This document shows, one piece after another, positions 39,281 to 52,259 of a stretch of 64,000 nt of DNA. The stretch is from Hormiphora californensis (Eukaryota; Animalia; Ctenophora): the NCBI GenBank assembly GCA_020137815.1, contig CM035355.1:2666001-2730000 (forward strand), in the 5' to 3' direction. Each line of letters opens with the position of its first letter. Within the stretch, counting starts at the first letter, position 1. The position numbers and the translations under genes are program-made. The notes under the pieces are model-generated. The model was not told the origin of the DNA, did not search any database, and saw only the letters and a list, made by a program, of their open reading frames with translations.

Positions 39281-42200
39281 TCAGAAGCCTGTCCACACAA
39301 AAAATTTCTTACTTTTCTCCACGCTCACAAATGCCTGTCCGAGAGGGTGCCATTTGACTGCCACCACGGCATTACTGTGCATTTTAGGAACCTCCTCACG
39401 CTTTAGAGTCCGTGTGTTCCAGATAAATATAGAACCATCGCCCGAACCGCAGGCAATGTACTGCCCATCAGGGCTGAATGCACACCGAGTGTGCTCCCCG
39501 ATCCGAAGACCGTCGTGAGTGAAGGTGGCGATGGCTTGGTTTAACTTGAGGTCGATCAGTTTGATTACCGAGCTATCCTAGAGTGGGAGAAGGGTCGTTA
39601 GATCTCCTATATATTGGAGGCCCTTTAAACAACAGATATATGCTAATATGGTTCATGTAGGAGCCACGTGGGCTCCTCGTCCACGTGTGCCTTACCTTGC
39701 AACTGCACGCGAGGAACTTTCCACACAAACTTAGATCGACACTAGTTATCCGGCCATCTAGTAGCATTTCGTGGGAGCTGGTATCCTGACGTTCATCCCA
39801 GAACCGGAGTCGCTTATCGAAGTGACAACTCACTATATTTGTCCTGGAGAAGGGGGGGGGGGTTAAAAATGGAAAACGGAATTTAGGAACTCATTGAATT
39901 GTGATAGAAATAGCAACATACATAGCAAAATACAGTTGTATTACTTCGTTGAAATAGCAACATATTTAGACTACAGAGTAAAACTTACCCTTGTTCACTA
40001 AGGACAGCTAAATCGTGGCAACTTGAACGTGCAAATATTGTCCTAATATCTGAAATGATAATTAAAGGTTATAACAAAAACACTAGAGATTATTACAATC
40101 ATTATCATTAGAACAGAGTGTACAGAACAGGTACATTCATTGTTAAGTTCTACCCATTCTACCCCTGTAGTTAGAGAGGGTCGAGCTTGTTATGTATAAT
40201 TTTCCTTTTCATTCGTAAAAGGGGTGCAATTAGAGGGCCGAGAGGGTCGAGAAAGGCAGGTACTGGGTACATTCAGAGAACAAAACTACCCCCAAAACTC
40301 ACTTTTACCGGATCGAACATCCCAGAGTCTAAGAGTCCTATCATGACTCCCTGACACAATCCTCTGAGAGTGATTGTAGAACTTCACCGTGTAAACCTTG
40401 TTATCGTGGCCCATGAATTGATTTTTGACAACGCTGTTATTCACCTGCCACAACCTCACTGCAGCATCGTTACTACCTGCCACTAGATAGTGATCCTGAG
40501 AGAATGTCAGGATAATTAATGTTTTATTATTCGTAATATCCGGTGCGGTGTGGCGATAAACAACAAGTATCATCATGTACGACGTGTATCGGCGAAGGAA
40601 GGAGAATTCTGCAGTGCGCGCAATATGAGACACCGTGACGAAATGCTCAACTTCGCTTTCATCAGGTCAGCAAACTCGCGCGTTACAAACAAACACAAAT
40701 AAATTGCGACAAAACTGGTTTTCAGGCTTGGTGGCACACACATTACATCCGCGGTACGAATGGTACCGGGTCGGTTATATCTTACCCTTTCGTCAATGTC
40801 AATACTCATCACACCAGCGTTGCAGCCAAGTAGGGTGTTTGTGTTATCCAAACTGGGCACTGGGAAGGGGTGAGAGATACAGTTAGAGAAATGAAAACAT
40901 GACAAAAGCAAAAGTGACTGGACTCCTAAGAGGGGGGGGGGGGGGTCGGCCGATATTAGATTCTACGGTAAAAGGTCAATCAATTAATTAAGAACTTACA
41001 GTTAGTTGTTCGCCACATTTTGATACATTTATCAGCACCACATGTTGCCATTGTAGTGCCCTGGTAACTGAATGCAACACTGTACAATTCGCTAGTGTGA
41101 CTCTCCTGTTGGGAGGGTGTGATAAACAATGTTAGTTATCATGGCATAAATGCCCTAAAAAGTTAATCCTTATTCCTTGCCTAGCTCAACCCCCTTTTCG
41201 CAAGTAAATGTAAAGGAGGGTTCTTCTGTACATAATTTCTTAAAACTTTCAATTCTTGAACAGATCTCGTTACTGAATATACTTACAACTTTGTTTTGCA
41301 CTTCCTTGGGAATAATGGACGGTCCAGAGTAGAGCCGACATCGTGATGAAGCACTGAGGAAGGGAGTGTTAGATATGGTGAAGGGGAGAGAGATAGAGAG
41401 GGAAGGGAGTTAGATATGGTGAGGGGGAGAGATAGAGAGAAAGATAGAGAGCGAGAGCATGCCAAATAATCACAGAGATTTCAGCCATAATCAATGCGAT
41501 CACAGTAACACAAACAGTAACACATACAAAGGGAGGTGATAACCTAACATTGCACCACTTGTTAGCATATTAGCAGGCTTTTTATAAGTTTAGCAAACCA
41601 TAACGGCTGTATTATTGCTTGGTTACGAAATAACCCCTCTAAAGACCTTCGTGTCCGCAAGGGAGGGGCAACTTCGTTACCAATAATATTGCATGCTTCA
41701 AGCCCACACACACAGATATAATATGCCCACTTACGAGCTGTGTCGGGATGCACCCTCATCTGACTCTGACTCTGATTTTCGGAAAAACCGAGACAGGATT
41801 GAGCTCCTACCTCCCATACCTGGGGCACCGCCAACAGAACTACCCGGGTTGTTGTACGCACCCAATCTGGCATGAGGGGGCGGGGTAGGGAGGGGTGGGG
41901 ATAGAGGGGGTGGGGTAGGGAATGGATGGGATATAGGCGCGGAGTGGGGAATGGATAAGATAGGGGGAAGGGTTTGCATATGTATGGACTATATGGACTG
42001 AGGGGAGAATGAAATGTGATTTCGTGATGCCTGATGGGTTCGGAAGGAGAAAGATATTGGGTAAAATGACAGTGCTGATCAAGATCACGGAGGAACATGG
42101 ATAGGAAACGATCTAGACATGAATTCTTATACATTCGTCAGACATGTAATTATTGTGATTTATTCATATTGTTGTGTTTTATTGACATGGTAACATAATT

Positions 42201-44690
42201 CAGCCTTATAATACCCATACCTTGGAGTTAGAGTTGAAGTTATGCTCGAAGATAAGGCAAGACTGAAGAAAACATAGCATAAACAACATGACACAAATGC
42301 AAGAGAAAGAGAGAGATGTGAACCAACAAACAACTAATTATACCGGTGATGTTTTATTTGATGAAGGAGCACTTACGATTGTTCGGGGGAGATACTATCC
42401 TCTCGTCGGGCACTTTCCAACTCGTAGAAGATTTGATGTTCCTTTAACCTACAACACAAGGATAGAACAATTTAGAAAAGCTGCACAGAGATCGCCCAAA
42501 TAAAAGAAGAAGAATAAAAGAAGAAATGATAATCTGTGCAGGAGCGCCCCAGTAATTTCCCTTATTTCCTATCCCTATATTATTTTCCCGGTCCACACTC
42601 ACACCAAATCAAGATTTCTACTGATAAGAGAAGTAATATTGCATATTCCCAACTCCCTCATAGAGCTCTAGAGGGTTATGAGAGGGACCCTTATTACCCT
42701 CTAGATGATCTGGACAAGAGTGTGCCCGTGAAAGTGAGGTCAACTCTCTGGCACAATTTCAACTTCACATTGTCCAGCATCCTATTTTACTAGAGATGTA
42801 ACTCAGTACCACCCAATTCAACTAGTAACTACCACCCTACTGGCTACTACCACGACTACTCACTTCTTCATAGTTTCGTTGTGCATATTAACCAGATCAC
42901 TTGTATACTACTATCACCCTACCACTACTCACTTCTTCATTGTTTCGTTGTGCATATTAACAACATCAGCTTCATCCTTCTTCTGCTGGAGTAGTTTCTC
43001 CAGAATGTTCCCATTTTCCATCGCCATCCTCTTCTTCTCTTCATCTGACTTCTTGAGTATTAGTGACATGGTAGTATGCTCATCTTTGAGGGTCTCTGGG
43101 AGGGGATTTGAAATGTTACAATCTGAAACAAAATCTGTTCAACTCCCCTCAATGTGTTATCTTACTCTCCCCATTTCCAAGGATAATCTTATAATCTAGC
43201 TCTCTCAGTCCCCTACCATTTCCTTCCACATCTCTCTCCCCTACCAGGAGAGGGGGAGGAACCTACCATTCTCTTCCACCAGAAGTTGAACCCTCCTCTC
43301 TAGTTCCATAATCTGTATCTCCTTCTTAGCAACATCCTTCGCTTTAGCAGCCATCTTATACAAGTCCTGCTGCATCGAGTCTTTACTGGTCTGTAGCTGG
43401 ATTATCTCCTGAGAAAAGAAGTATCATACTATTATTAAAGCAAATAGGGAAATCCCATGTCCCGTTTTTTTAACCAAATATGGCACAAAATTCCTGGAAA
43501 TGGCCTTTTGCACGTGTTGTCCCTAGAGGGACCCTGGCAACCTGCCAGCTTGAGCCTTAAACTGCACGTGCATCCTTGATTCATCTCTCTGCCGGTTGTG
43601 TGATTGATCGTTTGCTCGATTTGATCTGTTCACCACGTTTCGTGAACATGACTACTCAACTTCAACACAATCGCCAGCGAGTTTGGAGGAGCCATATGTC
43701 CCAAACTGGCGCTGACGCCTATAGACTACGTGATAGAATCCTACAAAAGAGGTGATTATTATTCAAAAAATGTTGTCAACACACGTAATAACAAAGTATC
43801 AATGGCACTAATAAGAAATGACAGTAATACGTGAAAGTATTTTGAAAATGTGCTCCTTCATAAAATACTTCAGGACCTGGCAAAAGAGGACCCGTGGTTT
43901 TTCCGTCGAAAGAATCCCTGTGGTTAATTTACCTGATAAATTTACTGATTTTAAAAATTTCAAATGATACTACACTATTTGCTTAGTTTACTGTATGACC
44001 ATTTACCATCCCCGACATTCGCCCGTAGGGCGAGCGGGCTTACTAGTGATTAGAAACAGGCCAGAACAGGTTAAGTCATCACGGCAAATATCATAAAGGA
44101 TCAAACTGAGAAAATGTGGAAATTTTTTTCTCAATCCCTCTCATGTCCCTCTCATGTCATAAATCATTCTAAAATCTCATCCTCGGCACCAAGAGGAAAG
44201 TTAGCTCAAATCAGACTCTTACCTCCTGGAGCCCAAGATAACGAAGATCATTTTCTGAGAGATTATTTGAGGGGTTGTTGATAACATTATTAATATCCTC
44301 CTGCCTCTTCAACCTCTCATAATCCAACATCGTGATCTTGGCCCGGTACTGTTCCAGTTGAGTGTAAAGAGAGGCAACTGAAGGGATGTTTGAGGTAAGG
44401 CAGGGTTTGGGATATGGGGGTAAAATGTTTTGATTGATATTTGATATAATCGGGGGTAGGTTGCCTCCTTCGACCCTCTTTCTGGGTTAAAACATTTAAA
44501 CAAGGGGTTAGCATAAAAATTGTTACTCACACGATCCAAATATATCCTTGAATGGCTCCTGTTCAGTCTTATCTCTCTCCCTCAATAGTGATCTATAACG
44601 GGAGGGCCACACATCCCTGTACAAGATCTGCCATGACTGGGGACCGGGGTCTCGTGGTGGCGGCGCTTCGTCGTCCTCTACCTCAACCAT
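39281..44690 (-). CDS. ATG16L1: Autophagy protein 16-like (ATG5-binding helix, coiled coil, WD40 propeller)
   Basis: N-terminus W...LRERDKTEQEPFKDIF; coiled-coil exons; WD exons AGSNDAAVRLW, GHDNKV, VSGSHDRTLRLWD, SCHFDKRLRFWD, CAFSPDGQYIACGSGDGSIFIW. Probable 1-nt deletion in a T run near the stop. Confidence 0.9.
43424..44046 (+). mobile_element. Non-autonomous Helitron in an ATG16L1 intron
   Basis: Inserted between A and T; 5' TCATACTATTATTAAAG; 3' hairpin tcgcccgtagggcga about 10 nt before terminal CTAG; no TSD. Confidence 0.75.
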
Positions 44691-44794
44691 AGTTAGAGCT
44701 CATAGTTACCAGATATATATCACATGTGTAGAGGGTGGTAGTGGGTGCAGGCTATAGAGAGGGGATTTAACATTATTCGATCAGGTTATTAATA

Positions 44795-46134
44795 CACGGC
44801 GTGCCTGGTGAAACTTTAACACGACCTAGCATGCTACGGGAAACCACCACTTGTACGTGGTAGCTGAGGGTCTACAGAATGGCGCTACGGTGCGGGAAAA
44901 AACATTCCATTGCCTAAAATCTTTTTTTTACTTTTATTTGATTTGGGTCAAAATTGGCTATATTAAACGTGGTCCCGAAAAATCCATAATGACTTAGCAC
45001 ACGAAATATGTCACCCCCACCTATTTTTGCACGTAGAATCGATTGCCGTTGAAGTCGAATCTCTAAAATGACTGTAAAATGGTCAAAAGTTGATTTTTTA
45101 CCATTTTTTGGAGGTTTTTGGCCCCTAAACCATTGAAAACGTTGAGATAGGAATTTGAAACTAGTGCCAATCGTTAAAATGGTCATTTTTCTACCAAGAA
45201 CCAAGTTTTCGTGTATATCCGATTTATGGTTAGATTTGGGCAAATTGTTGAAATCTGCCAACTAGGAGAACCGTAACTTGATTTTCTTGTTTTTTGGATT
45301 TTGGCATTTTTGACAAACTTCTGATTGAAATGGTCAATCGGGACCATGCTTAAGTTGTTTATGGGACAATTTTCGACTAAAATCCAAGATTTCATACCAA
45401 TCCAATAACAGATCGTTGATTTATAGAAAATTTAAGTAGGCAAAACGGTCAAAATGACAACTTTTCTTGCTTATTTTCACCGTTTTGCCTACTTAAATTT
45501 TCTATAAATCAACGATCTGTTATTGGATTGGTATGAAATCTTGGATTTTAGTCGAAAATTGTCCCATAAACAACTTAAGCATGGTCCCGATTGACCATTT
45601 CAATCAGAAGTTTGTCAAAAATGCCAAAATCCAAAAAACAAGAAAATCAAGTTACGGTTCTCCTAGTTGGCAGATTTCAACAATTTGCCCAAATCTAACC
45701 ATAAATCGGATATACACGAAAACTTGGTTCTTGGTAGAAAAATGACCATTTTAACGATTGGCACTAGTTTCAAATTCCTATCTCAACGTTTTCAATGGTT
45801 TAGGGGCCAAAAACCTCCAAAAAATGGTAAAAAATCAACTTTTGACCATTTTACAGTCATTTTAGAGATTCGACTTCAACGGCAATCGATTCTACGTGCA
45901 AAAATAGGTGGGGGTGACATATTTCGTGTGCTAAGTCATTATGGATTTTTCGGGACCACGTTTAATATAGCCAATTTTGACCCAAATCAAATAAAAGTAA
46001 AAAAAAAGATTTTAGGCAATGGAATGTTTTTTCCCGCACCGTAGCGCCATTCTGTAGACCCTCAGCTACCACGTACAAGTGGTGGTTTCCCGTAGCATGC
46101 TAGGTCGTGTTAAAGTTTCACCAGGCACGCCGTG
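44795..46134. mobile_element. 1.34-kb near-perfect palindromic non-autonomous DNA transposon, Chapaev-like
   Basis: CACGG...CCGTG termini; 4-bp TSD AATA on both sides; ~655-bp arms nearly identical; no real ORF. Confidence 0.8.
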
Positions 46135-46392
46135 AATAAAAAGGGGAGTGAGCGAGGAATGTATGTTAGGAATTGATTAAAAAGAAGTTAACCGTAGTTA
46201 ACATTATATGATAGGTCAGGGCCAGCAAGGTTAACAAATGAGAAGACAAACCAGACACTAGAGGGGGCTCGTATAATGTGAGAGCCAAGCACTGCAGCAC
46301 ACAAATAATATAATGATATTACAAATTACAAAAGAATGATTACATTTAAAAATATAATAATTTACCGGGTGTTGTGACATTTGGGTGACATG

Positions 46393-47523
46393 TTAGTCAA
46401 TTAATGTAAAAACCTGCAAGGTACACTCACTATTCTGAACTAAAAACACTGGAAAATCTCGAGCCACATCCACGACCCTTCCCTCCTTGCCCAACCCAAA
46501 GGCACCAACAAGTTTCTCTGTCAGTGAGTTCTGAATTTGGATCTCCCTACCACCGTTATCACCACCCACAACAGAGACCAAGTAAAACCCACAACTCTGA
46601 AACAACCCTCCACCACACGTCTCACTCCCCACATACTCCAACTCTGCTATGGGTCTCTGAACATCTAGTGTCGGGTTGAGATGGAGCGTGTAAACTGTAA
46701 CCCCGTACTGTACCGTCAGCAGGATGTGGTCTTGGTAGGAACGGGCTGCTAGGCAGGATACAGTTTGGGTCTCCGTCAACCCTAGCTCACATAACACCTC
46801 ACCAGTTAGGGACCAAATCATGAGCCCCTGTGGTGTTGACCCCACAATTCTCTCACCCGAGAGGTGTAAGGTGGTGACGGGTGTCTCAGTTGTAAAGTTG
46901 ATGTCCTCCAGGTTGGTGATGACATGCCCACCAGTTTCATCTGTAACTGATAACAACAACCCACCGTCCTCCCCTAGGGTATCCCAGGAGTGGATAACAG
47001 TCCTCTCAAATACCACCTTCCCTTCCTCCTCAACCGATATGACTTTATTGTTTAGCACAATATGAAGTGTCCCACACAACATCACCGCACCCCTAACATC
47101 ACCCCACTGCCAGTGAGATCCTGGTGTCCAACTCTCTAATCGCCATGACGTCATATCAACCAGATGTACGTTGTTATCCGTGGTAACCATGGCAACATGT
47201 GTCGGTTTATACACAGGCTCATAAGTTCCCCGTCCCTTGTGGTATACAAACCACGCCCCAACGACCTGCTCCGACAGCTGCAACTCGTGCCTGCAGACCA
47301 TCCTCTGGTTGTGGCCCACGTGAAATGGGACCTTGTACTCTGGCAAGGGCTGAGGTGGGGCAACTTCCATCTGACGTTCTCGCTGTTTTCGTTTGTTTAG
47401 CTGCCGTTCAGCGACGGCCAACTTTCGGGCTATCAGCTCCTGTTTCCGGGCCAGGTCTGCCATTTGGATGGCAACTCGAGCACGTTCCTCATCCTGAGTC
47501 CTGTGTTGTTCTGGAGTGGCCAT
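46393..47523 (-). CDS. Unknown 376-aa protein: N-terminal coiled coil plus a beta-strand-rich (propeller-like) region
   Basis: Single long ORF; acceptor cctctag just upstream of the ATG. Confidence 0.75.
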   Translation of the reverse strand: MATPEQHRTQDEERARVAIQMADLARKQELIARKLAVAERQLNKRKQRERQMEVAPPQPLPEYKVPFHVGHNQRMVCRHELQLSEQVVGAWFVYHKGRGTYEPVYKPTHVAMVTTDNNVHLVDMTSWRLESWTPGSHWQWGDVRGAVMLCGTLHIVLNNKVISVEEEGKVVFERTVIHSWDTLGEDGGLLLSVTDETGGHVITNLEDINFTTETPVTTLHLSGERIVGSTPQGLMIWSLTGEVLCELGLTETQTVSCLAARSYQDHILLTVQYGVTVYTLHLNPTLDVQRPIAELEYVGSETCGGGLFQSCGFYLVSVVGGDNGGREIQIQNSLTEKLVGAFGLGKEGRVVDVARDFPVFLVQNSECTLQVFTLID

Positions 47524-48194
47524 GAGGGGGAGCTAGAGGGGAGGGATGTGGGTTAGGATCTTTTAAGGGTTAAAGAGGTTGGGAATATTATATTGAAGAC
47601 ACAGTAAAACACATAATCTCATTCTCGCATTCCGAAAGTATTCAACGAGAAGTAAAGAAGTTCACACAAGGGAAATGGGGAAATATAACAATAGTAAATA
47701 CAGATCAAATAATATCAATATATTTCATTAATTAGTTTTCAAATATTATTACGAGGGGTCCGGCCCGGGGGGAAACATGAAATTTGAACAAAATAACACA
47801 CTTTCATCTCTAAATTCTTAAAATGTGTCAATTCCTTTCCAGCAGGATAATGACGTGCAAGGAGGGACAAAAAAAAAGGAAAACCAAGTTGCTAAGACTT
47901 GAAAGTTCAAAAATCATATCATCGTACGGCTCAACGGTCAACCGTCTTATAACCTTACGCTTTTTAAACGGCTCTACGGTCTCTTTTCAAAACTAGATCT
48001 CTAAACTACATTGCTGAGGTACACAGTTGCGTGTGTATACAATTTGATCTCAGCCTCAGTGCTAACTCAATCTAACTACAACAACATCTAGAAAAACGTC
48101 CCCACGAAAGTAACTTGATCTATCTATCTCTCTATTTTTCTATCTCTCTCTAGCTCTCTCTCTGTCTCTCTACTAGAACCATCTTTCTGATCTC

Positions 48195-51100
48195 CTACTG
48201 TGCATCCACAACGGTACTGAGATCAATATCAATTGGGAAGACGTTTGCTTTCTTTGAGATAACAAGACATTCCTCGTAGTAATCAAGTAGGACAGTGGTC
48301 CACTTTTCTAGCTGGTCTGTCAAATCTTGTACTGTATAAGGGGAGATGGAATGAGATAGAATGATTTGATCTACTGAACCCTCACAGAGCGCTCATTTTA
48401 TGACATAAAATGCGGTGTGAGCTAAACAGTGAATGATAAGCCTGTCTGGCTAAAGATATGCCAACAATGAGGTTCCTTGAACGTACCGTGTTTTGAGTTG
48501 AGAAGTTGTAGTTTAACTCTGACATCACTTCTTAGCTGGAGGAAGTGGGCTCTAGCCTGGCCCCGGCACCTCAGGACCACTCTATATTCGTAGTTACCAT
48601 CCTCAACCCGAGGTAGGGGGTCATCCAACGACTTGAGGGGAGAGGGGTTAGTTTAGGTTACCAGGGAGGGGGGCAGGGGGTCATCCAGCGACTAGAGGGG
48701 GAGAGGGGTTAGTTACTAGGTTACCAGGGAGGGGGGCAGGGGGTCATCCAGCGACTAGAGGGAGGGAGGTTAGTTTAGGTTACCAGGGAGGGGGGCAGGG
48801 GGTCATCCAGCGACTAGAGGGAGGGAGGGAGGTTAGTGTAGGTTACCGGGAGGGGAGGCAGGGGGTCATCCAACGACTAGAGGGAGGGAGGTTAGTTACT
48901 AGGTTACCAGGGAGTGGGGCAGGGGGTCATCCAACGAATAGAGGGAGGGAGGTTAGTTACTAGGTTACCAGGGAGTGGGGCAGGGGGTCATCCAACGAAT
49001 AGAGGGAGGGAGGTTAGTTACTAGATTACCAGGGAGGGGTTGGGGCAGGGGGTCATCCAGCGACTAGAGGGAGATGGGAACCGCAGGTGAGTTACTTACT
49101 AAACTACTACAATTGAACACGATACCAAGAGGGAAGACTAAAGTTGGACAGAAACAGCAGTCCTACTAACTAAAGATCTCGTGAGCCTGCTCTATTTGAA
49201 CATGCCTGCTCTATTTGAACATGTCTACTAAAATTAGGGACTTGGGGGCCTCCCTGGTGGGTCATTCGCGGTTGTTATAAATTGTGGACCCCTAACCCCT
49301 TATCTTTGTTTCAACACAATATGTTACATCACCATGTTCCCAGGAAGAAATGTTTCGCCTTTCATTTACACACACACACACATGTAATCATGGTTACCTA
49401 TGGTAACGAAATGGTGGGATAACGTTTTTAAAATGGGGGGATTATCTCACTCACAACAGGCGGATGGGGGGGGGGGGGTAACCGGTAAGTGGTAAGTATT
49501 TAAGATGGGGGGATTATGTCACTCACATTGAAGGTATATTCCTCGTCATCCATCTCCTTTATCTTGAGACAGTAGGCCAGGTACTCAAACTTGGCATCGG
49601 CGTACTTCTTAATTGTTAGTCGCATATCTGGAACTGCCTTGTGTAGGTATGTTCCCAGTTTGTTCATTATCTAAAGAAATAGATCGTTAGTGTTGGGGTA
49701 GATGTGAAGTCGTGGAGTTGATAGTTTTACCGTTCCCCCCCCCCCCCCCCCACCGAAAACACGTCCTATTGACTGAAAATATAGACCACAATTAACAGAT
49801 TTTAAAATTTTCACTAGATTTTGGCGATGAAATTTACTAGGAATCAGGATCCCAGGATCCTTGAATTTGGAAACTATAGACAACATACCGGGGATGCTTT
49901 CTTCTGGAAGTCGGTACCAGCTTTGTGGTAGTTCCGGTGGGCGTCTGCAAACATTGTGAAGGCCTCATTTGCAGCTGCTTTCTCTCTGACAGCGATCTGT
50001 GAGAAGAGATCGCCCATACCTGGCAGTGGGGAGATATGGTTAGGAGAGTGGGAGATATGGTGAGGGAGAGAGGGTGCGGGGGAGCGAGAGGGTGTGGAAA
50101 ATAGGGTGAGCGCGAGAGATGTGTTAGATGCTTCATGTTTTAGAAAGTGATACAAAATCAGCGATAGGAGAGAATGTATCTCATTTGGTCAATGTTACCT
50201 TTGTAAACGTTGGACGAGGCATTAAAATCCAGCAAGAGATAATGGCATCGAACTAGGAGTTCTAAAAATAAGAATTTACCTTTATAAGGGCTGTAAGGTA
50301 TCTTTTGTCCGTTGGAAGTCGGGGGAAGTTCGTCAAATAGTCGTACGTAGGTTGATAGTCCGGCAAGTAGTTCTGTTACATGTTACAATTGCTGTTACAG
50401 TATGTTTGAAGGAAGGGGAAGGTAGCAGGTAGCTCTGTCATTTGTTACAATTGAGCAAGAGCTTGGAAGAAAGAGGGGAAGTCATGTCTGTCGTCGTGTA
50501 CCCAATTAGTAACTAGTAATTACCCACCAATATTACCCACTAAATATCACCCACTTATTCCTCACCTTTATAAAACGTTGCATTTCTGTTAAACTCCTCC
50601 AGTTTCTTAGCCAGATCATCGTTGCACAGCACGGCCCTTGTTAGACCCAGTTTATCTGCAGTCCCACTGCTCATCCTCTCAATACACTTGTGCTTCACTT
50701 TCTTCATCACTGGGAGAAAGATATGCTACAGGAGGGTTTCTGGTTTAATTAACAACAACATACCATAATTATAGCCCCCCTACCAACAATGACCGGCCAT
50801 CCGCCGGAGACCAGAGTATATAATCGAACTCTAAATACACCCCCAACCCCCCACCTCAGTTCCCCAAGCAAGTTTATATGTAATTGAAATACTGAGCTAC
50901 AAAACGTGATGCGTGTGTAACTGCATACCCATGTCGAGCCCTTTGGCCTCCTTGAAGTGGTTGGTATCGAATGACAACTTTGCATACGTGAATGTCACAC
51001 TACCCTGTACAGGAAAAGGAGGAAAGTATGTTATAGGGTGAAGATACCACGGAGCAGACACAAAAATGAAAAATGCTGTCAGGCCAATGCTCTGACCAGA

Positions 51101-51590
51101 GTTCTCGCGTACTCCGAATAGGGTCAGGGCCTGACCGTCAGGCCAATGCTCTGACACAAAAAAGTGCCTTCCGATGCATGACTTACATCAATGCGTTGAA
51201 TGTACTTGGCGGCCTGGACCTTTGTCATTCCCCTGAGAGAGTGCCCGTTGACTGCCATTAACTCATCCCCCGCCTGAAGGGTCGCCTCTTTCCAGGCTGG
51301 AGTGTTTTCAAACACCTGCAATAGAGAGATAGTCATAGATCTCTTAATTGCTAGGCCAATTTTGCAAGGCTACTGCACTTCAAGAGCACGCAAAATGGAT
51401 TTAGGAAGTCGGTACTAGTGGAGCAATATAGTGAACCATTTTGGGGATGATCTATACCGTTAGATAGATCCCGTACCTGTACAACATAAAGACAGGGACA
51501 GTAGGGTGCTCCTCCCCCGATTGTGAGGCCCACCATCCCATCCTTACCCCTCTCCAGGGTCACCGTGCTACCAGGCACCATAGGGTACAT
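48195..51590 (-). CDS. PICK1: PICK1 (PDZ + BAR/arfaptin domain)
   Basis: GMVGLTIGGGAPYCPCLYVVQVFENTPA, AGDEL..VNG, KKVKHK.IE.MS..TAD.LGL.RA.LCND, FEYLAYCLKIKEMDDEE, GNYEYRVVLRCR, FPIDIDL; stop TAG at 48195. Confidence 0.95.
48617..49070 (-). repeat. ~57-62-bp minisatellite (~8 copies) containing the PICK1 3' splice site and exon start
   Basis: Unit cctctag|tcgctggatgaccccctgccccctccctggtaacc(tag)taactaacct on the minus strand. Confidence 0.9.
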
Positions 51591-52035
51591 GATGGGGCAA
51601 CTGTCTTATATTAGCTAGAGAGAGGGAGAATAGTTAGATACAAGGGAGGGAGAAGGGGAGAGGCACCATCGGGTACATGACGGGGTGGCTGTATACTATA
51701 TAGGGAGGGAGGGAGAATAGTTAGAAACAAAACGCATCGTGATTGTGGTTGAGATTGTTTGGACTAGGATCTAGGGAACTGGGAACGAACTTAGTTGTTA
51801 GGCGATTACAAAATAGGAAATAGCCAAAAAATAGAGTCTTGAAAATATGTGTTCAAAGAGTTTATCACATGGTATTAAATGCAATTATTTACACGTGCAT
51901 GGTCATGCCAATACTTATACAAATTAAACATTACCCCGCATCATTTCAATAAAAGACTGCAACTGTTCAAAGTTTTATTTATATCACTCTCGAAAAAAGA
52001 GCCCGGTCGTTTAGTAGTCTCAACACCAACCCTCA

Positions 52036-52104
52036 CACAATAATATCAGCCGATCACTCCGCCTGTTAGACCAGGTTTAGAAGTGCAGCGTCATATAATA
52101 CCAC
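52036..52104 (-). promoter_or_regulatory. Type II SECIS element in the SELENOS 3' UTR
   Basis: AUGAC-gcugcacuucu-AAA-ccug(gucuaa)cagg-cggagugaucggc-UGAU: core quartet, helix II, apical AAA and mini-stem all present. Confidence 0.85.
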
Positions 52105-52259
52105 CACCCTGTAACAACCTGTTACTAAAGGGGGGATTATCGTCCCATAGCAACACGGAAACTCCTAGTAATAGGTTACTAGGAGAAACAAAGTTACCCC
52201 TAGTAACGGTTGCTAAGGGTGGAGAGTGTGTGGGTGTGTCGAGTGTACGCCGGACTCTA

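Noticed and set aside
44914-46044. Mirror-image ORF pairs (70 aa and 115/125 aa) on both strands
   Set aside because: By-product of the palindrome; no protein motifs
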